Assembly (NCBI GenBank): GCA_963826115.1
Contig: CAWGVS010000005.1
Coordinates: 1,216,001-1,280,000, forward strand
DNA: 64,000 bases
From: an uncultured Candidatus Rokubacteria bacterium
Lineage (GTDB): Bacteria > Methylomirabilota > Methylomirabilia > Rokubacteriales > DASRDR01
Direction of reading: 5' to 3'
A program made the translations under genes and the position numbers. Of the stretch, positions 8,964 through 18,494 are shown piece after piece. The notes below the pieces were generated by a model. That model was not told the DNA's origin and did no database searches. It saw nothing but the letters and a program-made list of their open reading frames with translations. The first letter of the stretch is position 1, and each line of letters starts with the position of its first letter.

Positions 8964-10027
8964 CGGCGCGCACCGCCCCGGCCGGCCGCCCCGGCGGCGA
9001 CGGCGCTCGCGGGGTCGGGTCCGACGCGCACGAGCATCTTCCCGAAGTTCCGTCCCTGGAGGAGCCCGACGAGCGCCGCGGGGGCCCGCTCGAGGCCGTC
9101 CACGACGTCCTCCCGGTACCGGAGCTGTCCCGCCCGCACCCACTCGGTCAGCTGCGCGAGCCCTTCCTTGTAGCGCGCCGCGAAGTCGAACACGATGAAG
9201 CCCTGGATCCGAACGCGGTTCACGAGCACGAATCGCTCGTTCCGCGGCGCGACCTCCGGCTCGGTGAGGTTGTACTGCGACATGAGGCCGCACACGGAGA
9301 TTCGCGCGAAGAGGTTGACGTGGCGCGACACCGCCTCGGTGATCCGCCCTCCCACGTTGTCGAAGTAGACGTCCACGCCCTTCGGGCATGCCGCCCGGAG
9401 CGCCGCGTCCAGGTCCGACGCCGTCCGGTAGTTGATCCCCGCGTCGTACCCGAGCTCGCGCGTGATGTAGTCCACCTTCGCGTCGGAGCCGGCCAGTCCC
9501 ACCGCCCGGCACCCCTTGAGCTTCGCGATCTGGCCGACCAGGCTCCCGACAGCGCCGGACGCCGCCGACACGACGACGGTCTCTCCGGCCTTCGGTTGCC
9601 CGACCTCGAGGAGCCCGAAGTACGCCGTCAGCCCCGGCATCCCAAGGACGCCGAGCGCGGTCGAGATGGGCGCGACGGTCGGATCGATCCGCCGCACGCC
9701 CTTCCCGGCAGATACCGCGTACTCCTGCCAGCCGAGCCGGCCCTCCACGACGTCCCCGACCGCGAAACCCGGGTGGTTCGAGCGGACCACCTCGCCGACC
9801 GTGCCGCCTTCCATCACGTCGCCCACGGCGACCGGCGGCACGTAGGACCGCGCGTCGCTCATCCGGCCCCTCATGTAGGGATCGAGCGACAGGTACACGA
9901 CGCGAACGAGGAACTCCCCCGCGCCTGGCTCGGGCACGGACGACTCGGCGAGCCGGAAATCGCTCTCATCCGGATAGCCCGCGGGCCGGGCGGCGAGCCG
10001 GACCTGGCGGTGCGAGGTGGGGATCAC
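8960..10027 (-). CDS. NADP-dependent oxidoreductase (CurA/prostaglandin reductase-like MDR)
   Basis: SLDPYMRGRM, LGMPGLTAYFG, AASGAVG, YFDNVGG, GKML. Confidence 0.92.
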   Translation of the reverse strand: MIPTSHRQVRLAARPAGYPDESDFRLAESSVPEPGAGEFLVRVVYLSLDPYMRGRMSDARSYVPPVAVGDVMEGGTVGEVVRSNHPGFAVGDVVEGRLGWQEYAVSAGKGVRRIDPTVAPISTALGVLGMPGLTAYFGLLEVGQPKAGETVVVSAASGAVGSLVGQIAKLKGCRAVGLAGSDAKVDYITRELGYDAGINYRTASDLDAALRAACPKGVDVYFDNVGGRITEAVSRHVNLFARISVCGLMSQYNLTEPEVAPRNERFVLVNRVRIQGFIVFDFAARYKEGLAQLTEWVRAGQLRYREDVVDGLERAPAALVGLLQGRNFGKMLVRVGPDPASAVAAGAAGRGGARR

Positions 10028-10092
10028 GGGACGTCCTCCCGCCTCCGGCGGCCGGGACGCGACGGAGACGCGGTCAGGCGCACGATGTCAGG

Positions 10093-10121
10093 AGCCTAGC
10101 GAGCCGTCCGTGGAGCGTCAA
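10093..10121 (-). promoter_or_regulatory. putative sigma70 promoter TTGACG-17-TAGGCT for the minus-strand run starting at 10027
   Basis: canonical spacing on the minus strand, upstream of a GGAGG-preceded start. Confidence 0.6.
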
Positions 10122-10174
10122 GTGGACCGCCGCTCGCGGGCAGACGGCGGACTGTCAGCTTCGGGCCGGGCGCC

Positions 10175-11224
10175 TCAGCCGCCCCGGGTGTGCATCTCGA
10201 GATGCGGGTCCTGCCGGAGCCCCTCGATCTGAACGAGCACCCCGCGGTACCCGATCGTCTCGAGCTCCTTCCGCTCCTCCGCGCCTCGGTCGCGTCGCCG
10301 GCTCCAGCCGCCCGCGATGAGGGCCCGGAGCTCCTCGCGCGAGGCGCCGTCCCGCAGCGGGGTGCGAAGGTCGATCCCCCGCTGGGCGTAGAGGCACAGG
10401 TACCAGGTACCGTCCGCCGTGAGCCGGCTCCGGTCGCACGTCCGGCAGAAGGGCGTCGTGGTCGAGGCGATGATGCCGAACGTCGTCCCGTCGCCGAGGC
10501 GGAACCGCTCGGCGGGCGCCGACGACACCTCGGGGATCGGCTCGATGGGCCCGAACCGGGCGCCCAGGCGCTCGAGAATCTCCGCGCGCGACACCACCTG
10601 CTCGCGCGACCAGTGTGTCGCCCCGCCGACGTCCATGTACTCGATGAACCGCACCTCGGCGCCGACGCGGCGCGCGAATTCCACGAGATCGACCAGCTCG
10701 TCGTCGTTGACCCCCCGGATGACGACCGAGTCGAGCTTCAGGCCCTCGAAGCCCGCGGCCCGGACGCCGTCGATACCGCGCAGCACGGCGGCGTGATCGT
10801 CTCGTCGGGTGAGCGCCCGGAACCGATCGGGCCGGAGGGTGTCGAGGCTTACCGTGACCCGGTGGAGCCCGGCCGCCTTGAGCGCCCCGGCCTGCCCGGC
10901 GAGAAGGACGCCGTTGCTCGTCATCGCCAGGTCCCGGACGGCGGAGACCGCTGACAGCAGCCGCACGAGGTCAGGCAAGTCCCGGCGGAGCAGCGGCTCA
11001 CCGCCCGTGAGCCGCACCTTGTCGACACCCAGGTCGGTGAACACCTCGACGAGCGTCTGGATCTCCTCGAAGGTCAGGAGGTCCGACCGGCGGAGCCACG
11101 CGTACTCCTCCTCCGGCATGCAGTACTGGCAGCGGAGGTTGCATCGGTCGGTCACCGACACCCGGAGGTTCCGGAGCGGGCGGCCGAGCGTGTCCCGGAG
11201 GTCGGGGCCAGGGGACGTCACCAT
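10175..11224 (-). CDS. moaA: GTP 3',8-cyclase (molybdenum cofactor biosynthesis)
   Basis: radical [19 protein letters not shown]-terminal [10 protein letters not shown]...C cluster, C-terminal GG. Confidence 0.96.
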   Translation of the reverse strand: MVTSPGPDLRDTLGRPLRNLRVSVTDRCNLRCQYCMPEEEYAWLRRSDLLTFEEIQTLVEVFTDLGVDKVRLTGGEPLLRRDLPDLVRLLSAVSAVRDLAMTSNGVLLAGQAGALKAAGLHRVTVSLDTLRPDRFRALTRRDDHAAVLRGIDGVRAAGFEGLKLDSVVIRGVNDDELVDLVEFARRVGAEVRFIEYMDVGGATHWSREQVVSRAEILERLGARFGPIEPIPEVSSAPAERFRLGDGTTFGIIASTTTPFCRTCDRSRLTADGTWYLCLYAQRGIDLRTPLRDGASREELRALIAGGWSRRRDRGAEERKELETIGYRGVLVQIEGLRQDPHLEMHTRGG

Positions 11225-11272
11225 AGACCCCATTATGCCGCATCCAGCGCGCGGACACGCACTCGCGAGCCG

Positions 11273-11301
11273 TTGCCGGGCGCTTGGCGGAACCCTATAG
11301 T
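11273..11301 (+). promoter_or_regulatory. putative sigma70 promoter TTGCCG-17-TATAGT (leaderless-type)
   Basis: -10 lies 8 nt before GTG at 11310. Confidence 0.6.
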
Positions 11302-11309
11302 AGGCGAGC

Positions 11310-12266
11310 GTGATGGCCGTGCGACGGCTCGTGACGGGCGCGCTCGTCGCCGCCGCGGTGGCGACTCCGGCCGCGGCCGGCGACCCACCCCCGTCCACGC
11401 TCCGCTTCGTGTCCCTGAACGTCCTTCACGGCGGGCCGCTTTCGGGCTGGACCGGACGTGACAGCCACCTCGAGGCCCGGCTCGACCTCGTCAGCCAAGC
11501 GCTCCGGGCGCTGGCGCCGGACGTGGTGGCCCTTCAGGAGGCGTCCTGGAGCCGCGCGCGGGGCGAGGTCGCCTCCCGCCTGGCGGGGCGCCTCGGCTTG
11601 AACCATGTCTACGCGCCGGCCTCGATGCGGCTGTTCGACACGGGATGGATCAACCGCTTCGCGGCGAGCCTCATCGGCTTCTCGGAAGGTCCGGCGATCC
11701 TGAGCCGCTTTCCCATCGCACGCTGGGAGGTGCACCGGCTCCCGCGCTGCGGCAAGCGCCTCGACCCGCGGGTCCTCCTGTTCGCGGAGCTCAGCACCCC
11801 GGGCGGGGTGCTCCCGGTGTTCTCAACTCACACCAGCGGCCACGCCTGCCACGCGGAGGCCGTGGCCGCGCTCGTCCGCGAGCGCCAGGGGGATCTCCCA
11901 GGCGTGCTGATGGGAGACCTGAACGCGGTCGAGGGCTCGGCGGCGATCCAGGGTCTGGTCGGCGGGGGCGAGCTCGTCGACTCGTTCCGCGCCGCGAACC
12001 CGGGCACGCCGGGCTTCACGGTGTGGCAGCCGGTGACCGCGCCGGATCGCCGCGCCTTCCGCCGCGTCGACTACGTCTTCCTGGTGCCGGGACGCCGCTT
12101 CTCGGGAGCGGTCGTCGAGAGCCGCGTGGTCGTCGACGCGCCCGGCCGGCTGCCCGATGGCAGCGCCCTCTGGCCGTCCGACCACTATGCCGTCCTGGCG
12201 GACCTCGCGATCCTCCCGCCCCTCCACACCGGCGCGACGGGCGAGCAGAATTCCGGCCAGGACTAG
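11310..12266 (+). CDS. endonuclease/exonuclease/phosphatase family protein, exported
   Basis: signal peptide; SLNV, DVVALQE, THT, GDLN, RVDYVF, SDHY. Confidence 0.9.
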   Translation: MMAVRRLVTGALVAAAVATPAAAGDPPPSTLRFVSLNVLHGGPLSGWTGRDSHLEARLDLVSQALRALAPDVVALQEASWSRARGEVASRLAGRLGLNHVYAPASMRLFDTGWINRFAASLIGFSEGPAILSRFPIARWEVHRLPRCGKRLDPRVLLFAELSTPGGVLPVFSTHTSGHACHAEAVAALVRERQGDLPGVLMGDLNAVEGSAAIQGLVGGGELVDSFRAANPGTPGFTVWQPVTAPDRRAFRRVDYVFLVPGRRFSGAVVESRVVVDAPGRLPDGSALWPSDHYAVLADLAILPPLHTGATGEQNSGQD

Positions 12267-13163
12267 GAGACCGCCAACGGCTTGACGCGCTCCGAGCGGC
12301 TCGCCGAAGAGACCCCAGGCAAGGGCGCCCGCGACGAGCGGCTGGAGGAGCCCGCTCAGCCCGACGAGCGCGGCCGGCAGGTGCGCGAGGGCGAACGTGA
12401 AGAGGCCCTGGCCACCCGCGTGGGACACGAGCCCGAGCGCGAGCAGCACCACCCACCCGCCCATCGTCTCCGGCACCACACGATCACCGGAGAGGATGGC
12501 GACCGGCACCAGCGCCGCGCCGCCGATCAGCCCCGTCACCGCGACGACCTTCGCCGTGGGCCAGGTGGCGCGGAGCCGCTTCACCGCGAACAGGTAACCG
12601 GCGTAGAAGACCGCGCCCACCACGGCCAGGCCGTCGCCCGCGAGGTGGCGCCCACCCAGCCCGGCGCTCGCGCCTCCCAGGTACGCCGCGCCGACCAGCA
12701 CCGTCACCAGGCCCAGGAGGAACACACGGCTCGGCCGCTGGCCGAAGACGCCCCACGCGACGAGGACCAGGAACACCGGCGCGAGGTTCCCGAGGAGGGA
12801 TGCGTTGGCCACGCTCGTCCAGTGGAGGGACAGGTGCCACACCGCGAGATCCGCGGCGAAGAAGAGCCCCGCCAGGATCGCCCAGCCGCGGCCATGCCGA
12901 CTGCGGTCAGCCGGAGAGACCGCCCCGCCCGTTCCGACGAATGGCCACACCGCCAGCCCGGCCAGTCCCATGCGGTAGGCCGCGGTCGCCGTCGGTCCCG
13001 TCTCGGCCAGTCGGACCAGCAGCGTCCCGCCGGCCGTCGCGACTACCCCGACCAGGAGGGCCAGGAGCGCCAGGCGGTCGACCCGCGCCGCCGCCCGCTC
13101 GCCGGCAACCGGGGTCCGCGGGATGCTCCCTCCAATGTCCTCGACCGTCGCCGCGCGTGCCAT
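11823..13163 (-). CDS. DMT/EamA family transporter with long C-terminal read-through overlapping the EEP gene
   Basis: 10 TM helices, TSVANA, two EamA repeats; no in-frame stop until 11823. Confidence 0.8.
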   Translation of the reverse strand: MARAATVEDIGGSIPRTPVAGERAAARVDRLALLALLVGVVATAGGTLLVRLAETGPTATAAYRMGLAGLAVWPFVGTGGAVSPADRSRHGRGWAILAGLFFAADLAVWHLSLHWTSVANASLLGNLAPVFLVLVAWGVFGQRPSRVFLLGLVTVLVGAAYLGGASAGLGGRHLAGDGLAVVGAVFYAGYLFAVKRLRATWPTAKVVAVTGLIGGAALVPVAILSGDRVVPETMGGWVVLLALGLVSHAGGQGLFTFALAHLPAALVGLSGLLQPLVAGALAWGLFGEPLGARQAVGGLLVLAGILLARRAGVEGREDREVRQDGIVVGRPEGAAIGQPAGRVDDHAALDDRSREAASRHQEDVVDAAEGAAIRRGHRLPHREARRARVRGAERVDELAPADQTLDRRRALDRVQVSHQHAWEIPLALADERGHGLRVAGVAAGVS

Positions 13164-13192
13164 CGAACGTGAGACCCCGGAGGGGCCCCACC

Positions 13193-13567
13193 GTGAAACC
13201 TCTCGCGCAGCGCGCCGCGCGGCCCCGGCCGCGGCCGGAGCCCCAGTACCTCTACCTGACGACGACGGGACGCGTGACCGGCCTCCCGCGCGAGATCGAG
13301 ATCTGGTTCACGCGGCGCGGGCACCGCGACTATCTCGTGGCCGAGACGGGTGAGCGCGCCCAGTGGGTGCGGAACCTCCGCGCGGACCCGGCCGTGGGCT
13401 GGAAGGTGGGACGCGCGGTCTACACGGGGAGGGCCCGGGTCGTCGATCCGCGCCGGGAGCCCACCCTGGCCGCCTCCGTGCGCGCTCGCTCGATCGCGAA
13501 GTACGGCTGGGGCGACGGCCTGATCGTCGAGCTCCGGCCGGCGCCGGTGCGACCCGGCCGCGGTTGA
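13193..13567 (+). CDS. deazaflavin-dependent nitroreductase/quinone reductase-like split-barrel protein
   Basis: GGAGG SD; YLTTTGRVTGLPREIEIWF, WVRNLRADP. Confidence 0.8.
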   Translation: MKPLAQRAARPRPRPEPQYLYLTTTGRVTGLPREIEIWFTRRGHRDYLVAETGERAQWVRNLRADPAVGWKVGRAVYTGRARVVDPRREPTLAASVRARSIAKYGWGDGLIVELRPAPVRPGRG

Positions 13568-13592
13568 CACCGGGACCCCCGCATCCCATGGT
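13564..13592 (+). promoter_or_regulatory. putative sigma70 promoter TTGACA-17-CATGGT
   Basis: perfect -35 with 17-nt spacer, upstream of SD and ATG 13615. Confidence 0.45.
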
Positions 13593-13614
13593 AGACAGCC
13601 GGGAGGACACGCGC

Positions 13615-15168
13615 ATGAGACGCCGAACCGTCTGGACCCTCGCCGCCGCCGTCCTGTCAGCGCTCGCCCTGGTCGCCGTCGTCTCGCGTGGCGTGGACGC
13701 GCAGGCGCCGAAGCGCGGGGGGGTGCTCACGCTCGCCCGCCAGGGAGAGGCCACCAACCTGGATCCCCACAAGGTGCCAGCCTTCACGAGCCATCGCGTG
13801 TTCGAGCTCGTCTACAGCACGCTCACGCGCCTCGGCCCGGACCTCCTCGTCCAGCCCGACCTGGCGGACAGCTGGACCATCTCGCCCGACGGCAAGCAGA
13901 TGACCTTCAAGCTGCGGGCGGCGAAGTTCCACAACGGCGACCCGGTCACGAGCTCCGACGTGAAGTTCACGCTCGAGCGAATCGTGAACCCGGACACCAA
14001 GGCGGTGGCGCGGGCCTTCTTCGGGGACATCGAGAAGATCGAGGCGCCCGATCCCCGGACGGTCGTCCTCCAGCTCAAGCAGCCCAACGTCGCGCTGCTC
14101 GTCTACCTGGCCCACCCGAACGCCAGCATCGTCTCGGCCAAGGTCACCCAGGCGGCCGGCGGTGACCTGTCGAAGAAGGAGCACGCGATCGGATCGGGCG
14201 CGTTCCGGCTGGCCGAGTGGGTCCCGGACAACTTCATGCGCTTCGAGGCGTTCAAGGAGTTCTACATCCCGGGGCAACCCTTCCTGGACGGCGTGCGGAT
14301 CAACATCGTGCCGGACGAGGCCGGTCTTGTCGCCGCGCTCCGCACGAAGGCCGCCGACGTGGCGCTGATCGCCGACGCGCGCGTCGCCCAGACGCTCGCT
14401 CGGGAGGCCGGCGTGACGGTGAGCGCCAAGCCGAGCCTCAACTACCACCTCCTGTTCCTCAACACGAAGCGGAAGCCGCTCGACAACCCGAAGGTGCGCC
14501 AGGCCATCGCGTACGCGATCGACCGGAAGCAGATCATCGACACGGTCGCCCTCGGAAACGGCGATCCCGCGGGCCCCCTCCCCCCGTCTCTCGCGCAGTA
14601 CGCGCTCCCCGTGGGCGACTTCCCGTCGTACCGCCGGGACGTCGGCCGGGCCCGACAGCTCCTCCAGGAGTCCGGCGCCGGTCCGGTGAGCCTCACGATC
14701 CTCACCCAGACGACCGAGCCCGTCTACGCGAAGGACATCGCCCAGATCGTCCAGCAGCAGCTCGGCGAGGCCGGCATCCAGGTGACCATCGAGCTCCTGG
14801 AGTTCGGCCAGTGGGTCCAGCGCTGGCTGAAGGCGGACTTCGACATGGCGCCCGGGCTGAACTCGGGGCAGCCCGACCCCGACTTCTACCTCTTCCGGTA
14901 CTTCACGAACGATGGCAACCTAAACTTCGTCCATTCCTACCAAAACGACGTGTCGAGCGACGCGATCAAGCAGGCCCGGACCATCGCCGATCCGGCGCGC
15001 CGGAAGGAGCTCTACGCGACCGCCCAGAAGGAGCTGGTGGGCGGGGTGCCGTTCGTCTGGCTCTACGTCGGCCGCGACTACGTCGGGCTCCTCCCGAGCA
15101 CGAAGGGCTTCGTCCACCTCCCGAACGGGTCGATCGCGTACCTGCGTCAGACGTGGCTGGATAAGTAG
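13615..15168 (+). CDS. ABC transporter substrate-binding protein, family 5
   Basis: signal peptide, KRGGVL, LDPH, KFHNG, IGSGAF, KVRQAIAYAIDR. Confidence 0.93.
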   Translation: MRRRTVWTLAAAVLSALALVAVVSRGVDAQAPKRGGVLTLARQGEATNLDPHKVPAFTSHRVFELVYSTLTRLGPDLLVQPDLADSWTISPDGKQMTFKLRAAKFHNGDPVTSSDVKFTLERIVNPDTKAVARAFFGDIEKIEAPDPRTVVLQLKQPNVALLVYLAHPNASIVSAKVTQAAGGDLSKKEHAIGSGAFRLAEWVPDNFMRFEAFKEFYIPGQPFLDGVRINIVPDEAGLVAALRTKAADVALIADARVAQTLAREAGVTVSAKPSLNYHLLFLNTKRKPLDNPKVRQAIAYAIDRKQIIDTVALGNGDPAGPLPPSLAQYALPVGDFPSYRRDVGRARQLLQESGAGPVSLTILTQTTEPVYAKDIAQIVQQQLGEAGIQVTIELLEFGQWVQRWLKADFDMAPGLNSGQPDPDFYLFRYFTNDGNLNFVHSYQNDVSSDAIKQARTIADPARRKELYATAQKELVGGVPFVWLYVGRDYVGLLPSTKGFVHLPNGSIAYLRQTWLDK

Positions 15169-15171
15169 GCG

Positions 15172-15195
15172 CCGTCCCCGGACGCGCGGGGACGG
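15172..15195 (+). terminator. intercistronic stem-loop after the SBP gene
   Basis: CCGTCCCCG-GACGCG-CGGGGACGG perfect 9-bp stem, no U-tract. Confidence 0.6.
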
Positions 15196-15204
15196 GGCGG
15201 ATCC

Positions 15205-16158
15205 GTGACGCGCTACTTGCTGCGCCGGCTCCTCGCGCTCGGGCCGACGCTGCTCGGCGTGTCGCTCTTGTCGTTCCTCTTCCTGCGGCTGGTCCCCGGA
15301 GACGCCATCGCCGTCCGTCTCGGCACCAGCACCGTGCTCACGCCGCAGCAGCTCGCGGAGTTCCGCGCCTACCTCGGCCTCGACCGGCCCCTCCCGCTCC
15401 AGTACCTCGGCTGGCTCGGCTCGCTCCTCCGCGGGGATGCCGGGTACTCCCTCCGTACGGGCCAGTCCGTCGTGACCGAGATCGCGAGCCGCCTGCCCGT
15501 GACCCTGGAGCTCGCCCTGGCCGCCGCCCTCGTGGCGCTCCTGATCGGGCTTCCGCTCGGTATCCTCTCGGCCCTCCGGCCGAACTCGGCGCTGGACCTC
15601 CTGGCGCGGAGTCTCGGTCTCCTCGGGCTCTCGCTCCCGAACTTCTGGCTGGGCACGCTGTTCGTGCTCCTCCTCGCGCGCTACCTCCGGTGGATGCCGA
15701 ACACGGGCGGGTACGTCGGCTTCGCCCAGGACCCGTGGGCAAACCTCCGGTTCCTCCTCTTCCCCGCCCTGACCCTCGGCGTCGCGATGGCGGCTGTCGT
15801 CATGCGGACGACGCGCTCGGCGATGCTGGACGTGCTCGGCGCGGACTACGTCCGGACGGCGCACGCGAAGGGCCTCTCCGCTGCCGCGGTGGTCGGCCAC
15901 CACGCGTTCCGGAACAGCCTGATCGTCGTGGTGACGATCCTCGGCGTCCAGGTGGGCTACCTCCTGAGCGGCGCCGTGGTCGTGGAGGAGATCTTCTCGG
16001 TGCCCGGCCTCGGCCGCATGCTGCTGACGGCCATCAACCAGCGGGACTACGCCCTGGTCCAGGGCACGGTGCTGGTCGTGGCCACGCTCTTCGTCACGGC
16101 CAACACGCTCGTCGACGTCCTCTATGGCTGGCTCGATCCCCGGATCCGGCTCGGCTGA
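15205..16158 (+). CDS. ABC transporter permease (DppB/OppB-like)
   Basis: YLLRRLL, PGD, GLDRPL, DYVRTAHAKGL EAA-like loop, DPRIR. Confidence 0.93.
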   Translation: MTRYLLRRLLALGPTLLGVSLLSFLFLRLVPGDAIAVRLGTSTVLTPQQLAEFRAYLGLDRPLPLQYLGWLGSLLRGDAGYSLRTGQSVVTEIASRLPVTLELALAAALVALLIGLPLGILSALRPNSALDLLARSLGLLGLSLPNFWLGTLFVLLLARYLRWMPNTGGYVGFAQDPWANLRFLLFPALTLGVAMAAVVMRTTRSAMLDVLGADYVRTAHAKGLSAAAVVGHHAFRNSLIVVVTILGVQVGYLLSGAVVVEEIFSVPGLGRMLLTAINQRDYALVQGTVLVVATLFVTANTLVDVLYGWLDPRIRLG

Positions 16159-16165
16159 GGCGCCC

Positions 16166-17044
16166 GTGGTCAGCGTCCCCCGGCGGGCTCGGACGGCGCT
16201 CCCGGCCGGGCCGCTCGCGCGCGTGGCGGTCGCGCTCGTGCGGAACCGCGCCGCCCTGGCGGGCCTCCTCATCGTGGGCACGCTCGTCGTCGCCGGCCTG
16301 GCGGCGGACCGGCTGCCCCTGCCGAGCCCTCTCCGCATGGTGCCGCAGGACCGGATGGCCGGCCCGAGCTGGGCATTGCCGCTCGGCGCGGACGTCTTCG
16401 GCCGGAATCTCCTGGCGCGGCTCATCCACGGCGCGCGGCTGTCCCTCGAGGTCGCCTTCGCGTCGGTCCTGGCGGCGGTCGTCGCCGGCTCCGCGCTCGG
16501 GCTCCTCGCAGGCTACGCGGGCGGCCGCGTCGACCAGGTCCTGATGCGCGTGATGGACGTGTTCTTCTCGTTCCCCGCCGTGCTCCTCGCGCTTGGCATC
16601 GTGGCCGCGCTCGGCCCCCACCCGTCCAACGTGATCCTCGCGATCGCGGTCGTGTACACGCCGATCTTCGCGCGCGTCGTCCGGGGGCCGGTGCTCGCCC
16701 TCAAGGAGCGCGAGTTCGTCGAGGCGAGCCGCGCCCTCGGCGCCCCGGCCGGGCGCATCGTCGGCCGCCACATCCTTCCGAACCTCGGCTCGGTGCTCGT
16801 GGTCCAGACGAGCATCGCGCTCTCGTGGGCGGTGCTCACCGAGGCGTCGCTGTCGTTCCTCGGCCTCTCCGCACAGCCGCCGACCCCGTCGTGGGGGGCG
16901 ATGCTGAACGAAGGCCGGCAGAACCTCGAGCTCGCCCCCCATCTCGCCGTGTTCCCCGGGCTCGCCATCATGCTGGCGGTGCTCGGATTCAACCTCCTGG
17001 GTGACGGCCTGCGCGACGCCCTCGATCCCCGCCAGCGCCCATGA
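16166..17044 (+). CDS. ABC transporter permease (DppC/OppC-like)
   Basis: LGADVFGR, REFVEASRALGA, HILPN, LSFLGL, NLLGDGLRDALDP. Confidence 0.93.
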   Translation: MVSVPRRARTALPAGPLARVAVALVRNRAALAGLLIVGTLVVAGLAADRLPLPSPLRMVPQDRMAGPSWALPLGADVFGRNLLARLIHGARLSLEVAFASVLAAVVAGSALGLLAGYAGGRVDQVLMRVMDVFFSFPAVLLALGIVAALGPHPSNVILAIAVVYTPIFARVVRGPVLALKEREFVEASRALGAPAGRIVGRHILPNLGSVLVVQTSIALSWAVLTEASLSFLGLSAQPPTPSWGAMLNEGRQNLELAPHLAVFPGLAIMLAVLGFNLLGDGLRDALDPRQRP

Positions 17045-17580
17045 CGCCGCGCGCCCGCCGCCGGAGTGTCTCCCCCCAGCCCCGGCGCGCGCCGCTCCGC
17101 ATCCGGCCCGCGCGGCGCGGCGACCTCCTCGCGCTCGCGTCCGCGATGGCGGCGTCGCCGCTGCTCCGGCGCTACGGCACTACCAGGCCCGCGGCGCTCC
17201 GTGCCCTCGTCCGGGGACGGGCGTCGGGCGACCGCCTGCTCGTCGCCACCGAGACCGGAGGCGACCTCGTGGGGTTCGCGTGGGTCCTCCCGAGTCGCAT
17301 CCTCACCGGCGCGGCGTACCTCCGGCTCCTCCTGGTCGCCGAGACGCGCCAGCGGGCGGGCGCCGGCGCGCGGCTCCTCGCCGCGGCCGAGGCAGCCGCG
17401 CAGGCGGTGGCGAATCACCTGGTCCTTCTCGCGAGCACGGACAATGCCGGGGCCCGGCGCTTCTACGCGCGCCACGGCTACCGTCACGTCGGCGATCTCC
17501 ACGGGCTCGCGCGGCCCCGGCTCGACGAGGCGCTCTACTGGAAGACCCTTCGCCCGCACGGCCGGCGGCTGCCGGTCTGA
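17041..17580 (+). CDS. GNAT family N-acetyltransferase
   Basis: RQRAGAGARLL motif A, NAGARRFYARHGY; start overlaps upstream stop. Confidence 0.85.
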   Translation: MTPRARRRSVSPQPRRAPLRIRPARRGDLLALASAMAASPLLRRYGTTRPAALRALVRGRASGDRLLVATETGGDLVGFAWVLPSRILTGAAYLRLLLVAETRQRAGAGARLLAAAEAAAQAVANHLVLLASTDNAGARRFYARHGYRHVGDLHGLARPRLDEALYWKTLRPHGRRLPV

Positions 17581-17604
17581 CGGGGCGAACAGCGAGCGCT
17601 CGGA

Positions 17605-17633
17605 TTGACTCCCGCCGAGCGGGAGCGGAGAAT
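17605..17633 (+). promoter_or_regulatory. putative promoter TTGACT-17-GAGAAT with a palindrome in the spacer
   Basis: canonical spacing; inverted repeat CTCCCGC-CGA-GCGGGAG overlaps the spacer. Confidence 0.45.
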
Positions 17634-17645
17634 TCGGACACGTCA

Positions 17646-18386
17646 ATGACGACGACCGGCCGGGTACGCGGCGGCTTCAACCAGTTCGGGTTCACGGTCG
17701 GCATCCTGATGCTCGACACGCGGTTCCCACGGATCCCCGGCGACATGGGCCACGCGGGCACGTTCCCGTTCCCGGTGCGCTACCACCGCGTGAGCGGCGC
17801 CTCCCCGGACCTCGTCGTCCGGAAGGGAGCCCAGGGCCTCCTCCCGGCCTTCGTCGAGGGCGCGCGGCAGCTCGAGCGGGAAGGCGTGGGCGCGGTCACC
17901 ACGAACTGCGGCTTCCTCGTGAAGTACCAGGCCGAGCTCGCCGCGTCCGTCCGCATCCCCGTCCTGACGTCGAGTCTCCTCATGGTGCCCCTCGTCCACC
18001 GGATGCTCCCGCCCGGCCGTCGGGTCGGGATCCTCACGGTCAACGCCCCCGGGCTCGGCGACGAGCACCTCCGGGGCGCGGGCATCGGTCCCGAAATTCC
18101 CCTCGCCGTGGCGGGCCTCGAGAGCGAGAAGGAGTTCACGCGCGTGCTGCTGGGCGACGAGCTCGAACTCGACGTCGACCTGGCGCGCGAGGAGCACATC
18201 CGGGTAGCGCGAAGGCTGATCGCCGATCACCCGGACGTGGGCGCCATCGTCCTCGAGTGCACGAACATGCCGCCCTATGCGGCGGACGTCCAGCGCGCGA
18301 CCGGCCTCCCGGTGTTCGACATCGTCTCGCTGGTCACGCTCGTCCACGGCGCGCTCGCGGCGGGGCTCCCGCCCCGGCCGGCCTGA
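17646..18386 (+). CDS. aspartate/glutamate/hydantoin racemase family protein
   Basis: GILMLDTRFPRIPGD, two catalytic-type Cys motifs TTNCGF and LECTNMPPY. Confidence 0.85.
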   Translation: MTTTGRVRGGFNQFGFTVGILMLDTRFPRIPGDMGHAGTFPFPVRYHRVSGASPDLVVRKGAQGLLPAFVEGARQLEREGVGAVTTNCGFLVKYQAELAASVRIPVLTSSLLMVPLVHRMLPPGRRVGILTVNAPGLGDEHLRGAGIGPEIPLAVAGLESEKEFTRVLLGDELELDVDLAREEHIRVARRLIADHPDVGAIVLECTNMPPYAADVQRATGLPVFDIVSLVTLVHGALAAGLPPRPA

Positions 18387-18494
18387 CGACCGGCGCCGGC
18401 GCCGCTCACCGGTGAGCGCCCCGCGGGCGAGTCTCGCGTGCGGCCGGCGCCCCCTCCACCCGACCGCGCCACGCGCGTGACGGGCTGAACGCCC

